Of a stretch of 56,952 nt of DNA, positions 35,654 through 44,198 are shown piece by piece (positions within the stretch are counted from its first letter, which is position 1; every line of letters starts with the position of its first letter). The stretch lies in contig CAXUNK010000002.1 in the NCBI GenBank assembly GCA_964252425.1, positions 1 through 56,952 of the forward strand, written 5' to 3'. The stretch comes from an uncultured Acetobacteraceae bacterium (GTDB taxonomy: Bacteria > Pseudomonadota > Alphaproteobacteria > Acetobacterales > Acetobacteraceae). The translations under genes and the position numbers were made by a program. The notes below the pieces were generated by a model that was not told the origin of the DNA, ran no database searches, and saw only the letters and a list, made by a program, of their open reading frames with translations.

Positions 35654-37585
35654 ATGTCGTTGATGAGCACCGTCTTCGGCCGTCGGCTCGCCAACCGAGA
35701 GGCGGAAGACACCAAGATCGGCGTGCTGGAAGGCGTACCGGCCATGGGGCTGGATGGCCTCGGCTCCGCCTCCTACGGACCGGAGGCGGCGTTGACGGTG
35801 CTGGCGCCGCTGGGTGCTGCGGGCCTGGCCAGCATCGCGCCGATCACCGGCGTCATCCTGCTTCTGCTTGCCATTCTGTATTTCTCCTATTGGCAGACGA
35901 TCACCGCCTATCCGTCCAATGGCGGCTCCTACACGGTGGCACGCGAGAACCTGGGCGCCTGGTATGGGCTGCTGGCCGCAGCCGCGCTGATGGTCGACTA
36001 CATGCTGAACGTGGCCGTCGGGATCTCAGCCGGCATCGGCGCGCTTACCTCGGCCGTGCCGTCGCTGCACCCGTACACCTTGGCCCTATGTCTAGGCGTG
36101 CTCGCGATGATCACGGTGGCCAATCTGCGCGGCACGCGTGAGACGGGGCTGGGCTTCGCCGTCCCCACCTACTTGTTCATCTTCGGCCTGGGCGGCATAT
36201 TGGCGCTCGGCCTGACCCATCTGCTCGCCGGGCACCCAACTCCCGTCATCAAGCCGCCGGCGCTGGCCGCCGCCTCAGGTCCCCCAACGCTATGGCTGCT
36301 GTTGCGCGCCTTCGCCGCGGGCTGCACGGCGATGACCGGGGTGGAGGCTGTCAGCAACGGCGTCAGCGCGTTTCGCGAGCCGCGCACCCGCAACGCTCAC
36401 GGCACGCTGACCGTCATCGTCGTCGTCCTGGCCGTTCTGCTGGGCGGCATTGCTTTCATCTGCACACGATACGGGATAGCCGCCATGGACCAGACCAGAC
36501 CTGGTTACCAGAGCGTCGTCTCGCAGTTGGTGGGCGCCGTCTATGGGCGCGGCTGGCTCTACTACATGGTGATCGGGGCGGTGCTGGCCGTGCTGTGTCT
36601 GTCGGCCAATACCTCGTTCGTCGGCTTCCCGCGCCTGTGCCGGCTTGTGGCCGAGGACGCCTACCTGCCGCGCGCCTTCGCCGTGCCTGGCCGCAGGCTC
36701 GTCTATACGGCCGGCGTGCTGTTCCTGACGTCGGGCGCCGGGCTGCTGTTGCTCGCGTTCGGCGGCATCACGGACCGGCTCATCCCGCTCTTCGCCGTGG
36801 GAGCCTTCCTCTCGTTCACCCTGTCGCAGGCCGGCATGGCCGCGCATTGGTGGCGCGCGGGTCACGGGGGCGCCAACCGGGCGCGCCTGGCGATCAACGG
36901 GCTGGGCGCCCTGGCCACCGGCACGGCGCTGCTGATCATCCTGGCCGCCAAGTTCACCGAGGGCGCGTGGCTGACGGTGCTGGTGATCCCGGCCACGCTG
37001 TTCGGGCTTCACGCCGTGCACCGCTACTACGCCGCGCTGGATCGCCAGCTATTGCCCGGCAGCGACGCCCCGCTCGACCTGAGCCGCCCGCAGCCGCCAC
37101 ATCTGCTGATCCCGATCGGCCGGTGGGACCGGGTGGCGCACAAGGCGGTCAGCTTCGCCATGCGGCTGTCCTGCGACGTGACCGCTCTGCACTGCACCGA
37201 GCTGGAGGGACCGGATGCGGACGAGCACGAGCGCAGCCTGCGCCAAGAGTGGTCGCAATGCGTGGAGGTACCGGCGCGGGAAGCGGGGCTGACGGCGCCC
37301 GCCTTGCTGGTGCGCTCCTCGCCGTATCGCAACGTGCTGGGCCCATTGCTGCGCCTGATCGGCGAGCAGCAGGAGCGCGATCCCGGCCGGCCGATCGCGG
37401 TCGTGCTGCCGCAGCTCGTGGAAGGGCGTTGGTGGGAGACGCTGCTCCACACCCACCGCGAACGCCGGCTCCGCCGCGCCCTGCTGCAGGATGCCGGCCC
37501 CGATCTCGCGGTGATCGGCGTGCCATGGCAGCTTCACCCGGTCGAGCCGGTACGCACCCTGGCGGCCGAGGAGGGCGGCGGTTAG
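35654..37585 (+). CDS. APC-superfamily permease, KimA/YdaO-like (possible K+/H+ symporter)
   Basis: D.L.S.SYGPE, YPSNGGSYTV..ENLG, TGVEAVSNG, LIPLFAVG, KFTEGAW; soluble C-terminal domain with SPYR. Confidence 0.88.
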   Translation: MSLMSTVFGRRLANREAEDTKIGVLEGVPAMGLDGLGSASYGPEAALTVLAPLGAAGLASIAPITGVILLLLAILYFSYWQTITAYPSNGGSYTVARENLGAWYGLLAAAALMVDYMLNVAVGISAGIGALTSAVPSLHPYTLALCLGVLAMITVANLRGTRETGLGFAVPTYLFIFGLGGILALGLTHLLAGHPTPVIKPPALAAASGPPTLWLLLRAFAAGCTAMTGVEAVSNGVSAFREPRTRNAHGTLTVIVVVLAVLLGGIAFICTRYGIAAMDQTRPGYQSVVSQLVGAVYGRGWLYYMVIGAVLAVLCLSANTSFVGFPRLCRLVAEDAYLPRAFAVPGRRLVYTAGVLFLTSGAGLLLLAFGGITDRLIPLFAVGAFLSFTLSQAGMAAHWWRAGHGGANRARLAINGLGALATGTALLIILAAKFTEGAWLTVLVIPATLFGLHAVHRYYAALDRQLLPGSDAPLDLSRPQPPHLLIPIGRWDRVAHKAVSFAMRLSCDVTALHCTELEGPDADEHERSLRQEWSQCVEVPAREAGLTAPALLVRSSPYRNVLGPLLRLIGEQQERDPGRPIAVVLPQLVEGRWWETLLHTHRERRLRRALLQDAGPDLAVIGVPWQLHPVEPVRTLAAEEGGG

Positions 37586-37598
37586 AGCAGCACCCGCT

Positions 37599-38345
37599 CT
37601 AACCGGGTTCGCCCTGCACCGGTGCCGCTCCAAGCTCTTCGAACAACCGCGTGACGTCGGCAATAGCCGCTTCGGCGGCTTCAGCGTCGGTTCCCTTGGC
37701 AACGATGGCCACGCCGGACCCCGTGTCGCGGAAATAGGGGTAGCTGCCGATATCCAGCATCGCGTATCGCGACTGCACCTCGGTCAGTCCGGCCGCGATG
37801 TCGCCCTCGCGCACGCCGACGCCATGCACGCTGCGCGAGATCACCGGCGCGCCGCCTTGCAAGCTGGGTGCCAGCGCCTCGAACATCAGACGCATGATGG
37901 CCGGCACACCCGCCATGACGTGCACGTTGCCGATCGAGAAGCCAGGCGCGATGTGTCCGTTATCGATCAGCACGGCGCCGCGCGGCATCGTGGCCATGCG
38001 CTGGCGCGCCGCGTTGAACCTTTCTGCCCCGTAATGCGCGGTCATCCTGGCCCAGACATCTGGTTGCGGCTCCCACGGCACGCCGAAGGCTGCGGCGATG
38101 CATTCGCTGGTGATGTCGTCATGGGTCGGTCCGATGCCGCCGGTGGTGAAAACATGGTCGTAGCGGGCGCGAACCTCGTTGACGGTGCCGATGATGGTCT
38201 CGGCCACATCGGGGATGACCCGCACCTCGCGCACCGGCATGCCGATCTCGCCCAGGCGCCGGGCCAGATAGACGGTGTTGGCATCCTGGGTGCGCCCGGA
38301 CAGGACCTCGTTGCCGATGACGACGATGCAGGCGGTGGGGTTCAT
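37599..38345 (-). CDS. CinA-like molybdopterin-binding domain protein
   Basis: IGNEVLSGRTQDAN, FTTGGIGPTHDDIT, MAGVP, IGSYP. Confidence 0.92.
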   Translation of the reverse strand: MNPTACIVVIGNEVLSGRTQDANTVYLARRLGEIGMPVREVRVIPDVAETIIGTVNEVRARYDHVFTTGGIGPTHDDITSECIAAAFGVPWEPQPDVWARMTAHYGAERFNAARQRMATMPRGAVLIDNGHIAPGFSIGNVHVMAGVPAIMRLMFEALAPSLQGGAPVISRSVHGVGVREGDIAAGLTEVQSRYAMLDIGSYPYFRDTGSGVAIVAKGTDAEAAEAAIADVTRLFEELGAAPVQGEPG

Positions 38346-38427
38346 GGCGGCAGAGTAGAGACGGGGGGCCGGGTTGAAAAGCCGCGCCACCCTCGCGCGC
38401 GCCCGCCGGTTCGGGCACAAGGTGGGC

Positions 38428-39855
38428 ATGACGCCGCTTGTGCTCGACCTGGACGGCACCCTGGTGCGATCCGACACGCTGATCGAAACGGCGTTGCGCC
38501 TGCTCGCGACCCGCCCACTGCGCCTTCTCGCCCTGCTTCCGCGCGCGTTCGGCGATCGTGCCGCCTTCAAGCGTGCGCTCGGACAGGCGGCAGCACTCGA
38601 TGCGGCCAGCCTCCCCTATAACGACGATGTCCTTGCCCTGGCCCAGGCCGCGCGGAACGAAGGCCGGCTTGTCTATCTGGCCACCGCGGCAGACCAGCAC
38701 GTCGCGCGCGAGGTGGCCCGCCATGTCGGCGGCATAGAGAGCGTCATGGCCTCCGATGGCACGACCAACCTCAAGGGTGAGGCCAAGGCGGAGGCGCTGG
38801 CGCACGCGTTCGGCCGCGCGCGATTCGATTACGTGGGCGACACGGCGGCTGACATTCCGGTGTGGCGCGCCGCGCGCCGTGCCTATGTCGTGTCACCCTC
38901 ATCGGCTCTGCTGCGTGCGGCACGCTCCGCCTCTGGCGAGGTGACCAGCCTCGGCCAGGCGGCCTCTGCCTCACGCATCTGCCGTCTGCTCGCACGCGCG
39001 ATGCGGCTCCACCAATGGGCCAAGAACCTCCTGGTGTTCGTGCCGATGCTGGCCGCGCATGCCGCCGGCGGCGCCCGGCTGCTGCACGCCGTGCTGGCGT
39101 TTCTCGCGTTCAGCCTATGCGCGTCCAGCGTGTATCTGCTGAACGATCTGCTCGATCTGCCGCACGACCGGGCGCACGCCACCAAACGTCGTCGTCCTTT
39201 CGCCAGCGGGGCGTTGCCGCTGAGCTGGGCGCCTGGGCTGATGGCCGGGCTGGCAGCCGCGGTTCTGGCCCTCTCCGCATCGCTCCCTTGGGCGTTTTTC
39301 GCAATGCTTGCGATCTATTACGTCTGCACACTGTCCTATTCCTTCGCGCTGAAGCGGCGCGCGGTCTGGGACGTGATCATGCTGGCGGGGCTCTACACCC
39401 TGCGCATCTTCGCGGGTGCCGCAGCCACGCACATCCCGATCTCGCCATGGCTGCTGGCTTTTTCGCTGTTCCTGTTCTTCTGTCTCGCAATCGTCAAACG
39501 GCTGACCGAGTTGACGCTTTCCATCCGACGCGCGCCCGAGACACCGCATCTGGCGGGCAGGGGCTACGCGCCGGAAGATCTGGACATGCTGCGCAGCATG
39601 GCCGCCGCGTCCGGCTACATGGCCGTCCTGGTCATGGCGCTCTACGTCAACAGCTTCGACGTGTTGCCGCTCTATCATCACCCGTCGGCCCTCTGGGCGC
39701 TGTGCCCCATTCTGCTGTTCTGGGTGAGTCGCGTGCTGATGCTGGCAAATCGGGGGATGATGCATGACGATCCCGTGGTCTTCGCGCTCCGCGACCGGGT
39801 GAGCCTCGCCAGCGGGCTAGCTAGCCTCATGGCTATCCTGGCGGCCACGCTGTGA
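38428..39855 (+). CDS. HAD-phosphatase / UbiA fusion (polyprenyl-phosphate phosphoribosyltransferase-like)
   Basis: LVLDLDGTL, NLKG..K, YVGD (HAD); R.HQW.KNLLVF, YLLNDLLD...DR.H.TKRRRP.ASG, HDDPV.FA (DPPR synthase type). Confidence 0.92.
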   Translation: MTPLVLDLDGTLVRSDTLIETALRLLATRPLRLLALLPRAFGDRAAFKRALGQAAALDAASLPYNDDVLALAQAARNEGRLVYLATAADQHVAREVARHVGGIESVMASDGTTNLKGEAKAEALAHAFGRARFDYVGDTAADIPVWRAARRAYVVSPSSALLRAARSASGEVTSLGQAASASRICRLLARAMRLHQWAKNLLVFVPMLAAHAAGGARLLHAVLAFLAFSLCASSVYLLNDLLDLPHDRAHATKRRRPFASGALPLSWAPGLMAGLAAAVLALSASLPWAFFAMLAIYYVCTLSYSFALKRRAVWDVIMLAGLYTLRIFAGAAATHIPISPWLLAFSLFLFFCLAIVKRLTELTLSIRRAPETPHLAGRGYAPEDLDMLRSMAAASGYMAVLVMALYVNSFDVLPLYHHPSALWALCPILLFWVSRVLMLANRGMMHDDPVVFALRDRVSLASGLASLMAILAATL

Positions 39856-41207
39856 TCCAGCGAGGCTTGGCAACCCTGTCCGGTTGGGGCCGCGTGGCAC
39901 GCTCATCGAGCGTCACCCTCGAGCCTGCGGGCACCGAAAGCCTGACCGGTGTCTTTGCCGACCAAGGTCAGGGCGCTCGCGGCGTGATCGCGCATGGCGC
40001 CAGCCGATCCTATGGCGATGCGGCGCTGAACGGGCAGGGCGCGGTCATCCTGACGCGCGGACTGGACCGCATCCTGTCGTTCGATCCGGACACTGGCGAC
40101 ATCGCCGTGGAGCCTGGCGTCAGCTTCCGGCAATTGCTGGCCACGTTCCTGCCGCAGAACTTCCTCGTGCCCGTCACGCCGGGTACCGGATTTGCCACGA
40201 TCGGCGGCGCGGTCGCTCACGACGTGCACGGCAAGAATCACGAGCTGGCCGGCAGTTTCACGCAGCACGTCACCGAACTCGATGTGCTGACGGCTGACGG
40301 CACGCTGCGCACGATCGGGCCGGCACGCGAGCCGGCGCTGTTTGCCGCCACCTGCGGCGGGCTCGGCCTGACCGGTGTCGTCACGCGCGTGGCGTTCCGC
40401 ATGCAGCGTGTACCAGGACCAGGCGTGCGCGTTTCGCTCAAGCGGCTGCCAGATCTGGAATCATTCCTCGACGCCATGGACCAGGCCGCCGGCGCCAGCT
40501 ACGCGGTGGGCTGGATCGACGGCACGGCGCGCCGCCGCGCGCTGGGCCGCGGCGTGCTGGAGACGGCCGAACCGACGGACGCCGCCGTGCGGCTTCCCCG
40601 CCCACGCACGTTGGAAATTCCTTTTGATTTTCCGAATGTCGCGCTCAACAAGCTGAGCATAAGGGCGTTCAACGCGGCGTATTGGCGCCGCGTGCCGCGC
40701 GCCGGCACGGTTCGCGAGATGGCCCTGGGGAAATTCCTCTATCCGCTCGACGCGCTTGGCGGCTGGAACCGCATCTACGGGAAGCGTGGCTTCCATCAGT
40801 TCCAGACCGTCCTGCCGTTCGAGTCCGGTTCGCGCGCACTAGCGGAGCTCATGCACGTCATCGCAGAGTCCGGCCGCGCGTCGTTCCTGGCTGTGTTGAA
40901 ACGCCTTGGGCCAGGCCTCGCGCCGCACAGCGCCGGATATCTGTCGTTCCCCCGCCCCGGCTACACGCTTGCTCTGGATTTTCCGGCGTCGCCCGGCATC
41001 GAGGCGCTCTACGCACGCCTCGTCGCCATCACCCGCGATCATGGCGGGCGCGTCTATCTGGCCAAGGACGCGCTGCTGACACCAGAAGATTTCCGCGCGA
41101 TGTACCCGCGCTGGGCAGAGTTTCGCGCCGTTCTGGACGATGTCGATCCGGACCGGCGCCTGCAGTCGGATCTGTCCAGGCGCCTGCGCATCCGCGACGC
41201 GGCGTGA
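39852..41207 (+). CDS. FAD-linked oxidase, DprE1-like polyprenylphosphoryl-ribose oxidase
   Basis: RSYGDAA, VTPGT...TIGGAVA.DVHGKNH, GG.GLTG, WNRIYG.RGF.Q.Q, FLAVLK, GGRVYLAKD, SDLSRRL; GTGA overlap. Confidence 0.92.
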   Translation: MIQRGLATLSGWGRVARSSSVTLEPAGTESLTGVFADQGQGARGVIAHGASRSYGDAALNGQGAVILTRGLDRILSFDPDTGDIAVEPGVSFRQLLATFLPQNFLVPVTPGTGFATIGGAVAHDVHGKNHELAGSFTQHVTELDVLTADGTLRTIGPAREPALFAATCGGLGLTGVVTRVAFRMQRVPGPGVRVSLKRLPDLESFLDAMDQAAGASYAVGWIDGTARRRALGRGVLETAEPTDAAVRLPRPRTLEIPFDFPNVALNKLSIRAFNAAYWRRVPRAGTVREMALGKFLYPLDALGGWNRIYGKRGFHQFQTVLPFESGSRALAELMHVIAESGRASFLAVLKRLGPGLAPHSAGYLSFPRPGYTLALDFPASPGIEALYARLVAITRDHGGRVYLAKDALLTPEDFRAMYPRWAEFRAVLDDVDPDRRLQSDLSRRLRIRDAA

Positions 41208-42394
41208 CGGAGAACCTGTTCGATGGACAGCGACGTACGGCACGCCGCATCGTGCTGTTGCTCGCCTGCCTGGCCCCGTTCGGCTGGGCGATGTTCTACG
41301 CCGTGTTCCGCAACGTTCCAGGCCAGGACTGGGTGGTTTTCCACGAGGCCGCACGGCTCGCACGTATCGGCGATTTCCACACCTTGGCCGATCCGCTGGC
41401 GTTCACCGACCTGCTCAATTGGACGCATCGTGCGTGGTTCGCCAAACCACTCGTGTTTCACCCTTGGGTCTATCCGCCCGTCACCTTGCTTCTCGCGCTG
41501 ACGTTCGGGTGGCCATCCTACCCGGCCTCGCTGGCAATGTTCCTGTCATTCAGCCTCGCCGCCCTCTTGGCCGCTCTGTGGACCTGGGCGGGGCATGCAC
41601 GCAGCCGGGCATGGCTGTGCGCCGGCGTGCTGCTCTGCCCCGCCACCGCCTACATATTGGGCGCCGGCCAACTGAGTTTCGGGCTGGCCGCCGTCATCCT
41701 GGCCGGTGTCGCCTGGCTGCCAAGCGCCCCGGTCAGCGCCGGCGCGTTGTTCAGCCTGTTGCTGCTGAAGCCGCAATTCGCGCTGATGGTGCCGGTAGCG
41801 CTGCTCGCCGGCCGTCACTGGCGCGCCATCGCTGGCGGCCTGGCGGGCAGTGCTTGGCTGATCGCCTGCAGCCTGGCCGCCACCGGCCTGCGTCCCTGGA
41901 CCGCGTGGCTTCGGCTGGCGACGGGCACCGACCCTGCGCTGCCCGGTCTGGTCGGCGCCGTACGCCTCTACGACCAAAGCGTCCACACCTGCCTGCGCAC
42001 GCTCGGCGCGCCCGAGAGCCTGGCCTCGGCCGGGCAGGCGGCAGCCATGGTGTTCTCGGCCCTGTGCGTCTGGCGCGTCTTCGCGCGAGATGGCGATTGG
42101 CCGCAGCGACTATGCGTGCTGCTTTGCGCCACCGTGCTCGCCTCGCCCCATGTCGGCGACTACGACGCGTTGCTTCCGGCCATCGCCGCAATTCTGGTGC
42201 TGCTGGACGCGGGCGTGCGGCGCTGGCTTCCCGGCGAGCCATGGATAGCGGCGGCAGTTTGGCTGGCCACCATGCTGGCGCCACCGGCGCTGGTGGCGGC
42301 GTTGGGCGTCCCCGCGTTCACCGCCGTCTCTGCACTTACTCCTCTGGCCACGGCCGGACTGATGGTCATGTCCACCCGCCCACGTCTTGCCTAG
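41204..42394 (+). CDS. GT-C fold glycosyltransferase (GT87/DUF2029)
   Basis: GTGA overlap; many TM segments; DW.VF, YPP, GQ, LKPQ, SPH..YD motifs. Confidence 0.85.
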   Translation: MTENLFDGQRRTARRIVLLLACLAPFGWAMFYAVFRNVPGQDWVVFHEAARLARIGDFHTLADPLAFTDLLNWTHRAWFAKPLVFHPWVYPPVTLLLALTFGWPSYPASLAMFLSFSLAALLAALWTWAGHARSRAWLCAGVLLCPATAYILGAGQLSFGLAAVILAGVAWLPSAPVSAGALFSLLLLKPQFALMVPVALLAGRHWRAIAGGLAGSAWLIACSLAATGLRPWTAWLRLATGTDPALPGLVGAVRLYDQSVHTCLRTLGAPESLASAGQAAAMVFSALCVWRVFARDGDWPQRLCVLLCATVLASPHVGDYDALLPAIAAILVLLDAGVRRWLPGEPWIAAAVWLATMLAPPALVAALGVPAFTAVSALTPLATAGLMVMSTRPRLA

Positions 42395-42399
42395 GCGAG

Positions 42400-42422
42400 G
42401 TCACAACACGCTGCGTTGTGAC
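42400..42422 (+). terminator. Hairpin after the GT87 stop codon
   Basis: GTCACAAC-N7-GTTGTGAC perfect 8-bp stem; no U tail. Confidence 0.35.
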
Positions 42423-42429
42423 GCATGGT

Positions 42430-42454
42430 GCAACTCGCCGCGCGGCCCCGTGTT
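42430..42454 (+). promoter_or_regulatory. EcfG/SigT-type promoter motif
   Basis: GCAAC-N16-TGTT ending 29 nt before the SDR ATG. Confidence 0.5.
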
Positions 42455-42483
42455 CGCGTGCCGAACTTTCCGGATGCGCAGAC

Positions 42484-43500
42484 ATGCCAGCAGCCCAGCT
42501 CAAGCCGATCAACCGACAGACCATCGTGCTGACCGGCGCCACATCCGGTATCGGCCTGGCCACCGCACGGCTGGCCAGCGAACGCGGCGCGCGTCTGCTG
42601 CTGGTGGCGCGCAACGAGGAGGCTCTGGCCAAGCTCAGCGACGAGTTGCGCGGGCGCGGCGGACAGGCAGAATATGCGGTCGCCGACGTCGCTGACCGTG
42701 CGCAGGTCGATGCCGCGGCCGCGCGTGCGATCGAGGCCTTTGGCGGTTTCGACACCTGGATCAACGATGCCGGCGCGTTCATCTACGGTGCGATCGAGGA
42801 CGTGCCGCTGGAAGATCAGCGCCGCCTGTTCGACGTGGTGTACTGGGGCGTGGTGCACGGCACGCTGGCCGCCAGCGCGCATCTGAAGACCTCAGGCGGT
42901 GCCATCGTCAATGTCGGCAGCGTGCTGGGCGAATTCGCGATCCCATATCAGGGCCCCTACTGCGCGGCGAAGTTCGCAGTCAAAGGCTTCACCGAAGCCT
43001 TTCGCCGCGAGACGGAGGCGAACGCCTATCCGATCTCGTTGACGTTGATTAAGCCTGCGGCAATCGACACCTCGTTCATGGAACATGCCCGAAACCTGAT
43101 CGGCTCCCCAGGCACTCGCAACCCGCCACCCGCCTATCACCCCCATCTGGTGGCGCGCGCGATCCTGCACGGCGCCGAACACCGTGTGCGCGACATCACG
43201 ATCGGTGGTGCCGGCGGCTTGTCGCTGGTCGTCGCCAATCAAACGGTGCCGCGCGTCATGGATTGGGTGTTCGCCAATGCCGGACGCCTGACGCAGACGA
43301 CCAAAGACCCGGGCGATGCCGCCCGACGTGACAATCTGTACGAGGCGCGCGAGGATCTGGACGAGCGCAGCACGCTGCATCCGTTTACCCGCCGCACGAG
43401 CTTGCTGCTAGAAGCACAGCTGAACCCAGCGGCCACGGCTGCCGCAGCCACTCTCGGCGCCTTGTTCTTGGGTGCCGCCGCGCGTCGCCGCCGTCGATAA
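42484..43500 (+). CDS. Short-chain dehydrogenase/reductase with long C-terminal extension (stress type)
   Basis: TGATSGIG, DTWIN.AG, YCAAK, IKPAAIDT, DNLYE. Confidence 0.92.
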   Translation: MPAAQLKPINRQTIVLTGATSGIGLATARLASERGARLLLVARNEEALAKLSDELRGRGGQAEYAVADVADRAQVDAAAARAIEAFGGFDTWINDAGAFIYGAIEDVPLEDQRRLFDVVYWGVVHGTLAASAHLKTSGGAIVNVGSVLGEFAIPYQGPYCAAKFAVKGFTEAFRRETEANAYPISLTLIKPAAIDTSFMEHARNLIGSPGTRNPPPAYHPHLVARAILHGAEHRVRDITIGGAGGLSLVVANQTVPRVMDWVFANAGRLTQTTKDPGDAARRDNLYEAREDLDERSTLHPFTRRTSLLLEAQLNPAATAAAATLGALFLGAAARRRRR

Positions 43501-43576
43501 TCAAACGCGCGTGACACACGGAGCCTGACGCACGCCCGCGCGCTGTGCGGTGACACGATAACACGGAGAAGAGAAG

Positions 43577-44101
43577 ATGGACGGCGATGCCGGCGGCAAC
43601 AAGATGCACGAGATCTATCACACCGGCCTGCGCAACTTGCATGCGCTTGAGCAGACAGCGATCGAGCTGACCGAGCGCCAGGTCGAGCGGCTGGAAAACT
43701 ATCCGGAGATGAAGGCGCAACTGCAAAAGCACCACGCGGAATCGCTGGAGCAGGCCCGCCGGCTGGAGGCGATCCTGCAGCGGCATGGTACCTCGCCATC
43801 CACGGTCAAAAGCACTGTGACATCCGTCATGGGCAACGTCGCGGCCGCCCTGCATGCGCCGGCGCCGGACGAGATCCTGAAGAACACCTTCGCCAATTTC
43901 GCTTTCGAACACCAAGAAATCGCGGCTTACACAAGCTTGATCGCGATGGCCGAACAGGTCGGCGATACCGCCGCTGTCCCAAGCTTGCGTCAGTCACTGG
44001 GTGAGGAGCAGGCGATGGCAAAGTTCATCGAGCAGGCGATCGTGCCAACGACGCAGAAGTTCATGTCGCTATCTGCCGCCGGGCAAACCGCGGGCGTCTA
44101 G
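43577..44101 (+). CDS. Ferritin-like DUF892 (YciE/YciF) protein
   Basis: GLRN.HALE, HH.ES..Q..RLE, FEHQEIAAY.SL, SL.EE.AMA; GGAGAAG RBS. Confidence 0.92.
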   Translation: MDGDAGGNKMHEIYHTGLRNLHALEQTAIELTERQVERLENYPEMKAQLQKHHAESLEQARRLEAILQRHGTSPSTVKSTVTSVMGNVAAALHAPAPDEILKNTFANFAFEHQEIAAYTSLIAMAEQVGDTAAVPSLRQSLGEEQAMAKFIEQAIVPTTQKFMSLSAAGQTAGV

Positions 44102-44105
44102 CCCC

Positions 44106-44148
44106 AATCATGGCGGAACGGTTTACACGCGACCGTTCCGCCATGATT
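44106..44148. terminator. Perfect 17-bp inverted repeat between convergent genes
   Basis: AATCATGGCGGAACGGT-N9-ACCGTTCCGCCATGATT. Confidence 0.75.
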
Positions 44149-44198
44149 ACTCGACATCCAACCTGCATACGTCAACCAAATCAATACTCGTATTAGCC

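Noticed and set aside
42484-43500. SDR as the missing DprE2
   Set aside because: 338 aa with a stress-type C-terminal extension, its own promoter motif and linkage to DUF892; not translationally coupled to the operon. Not formally excluded without phylogeny
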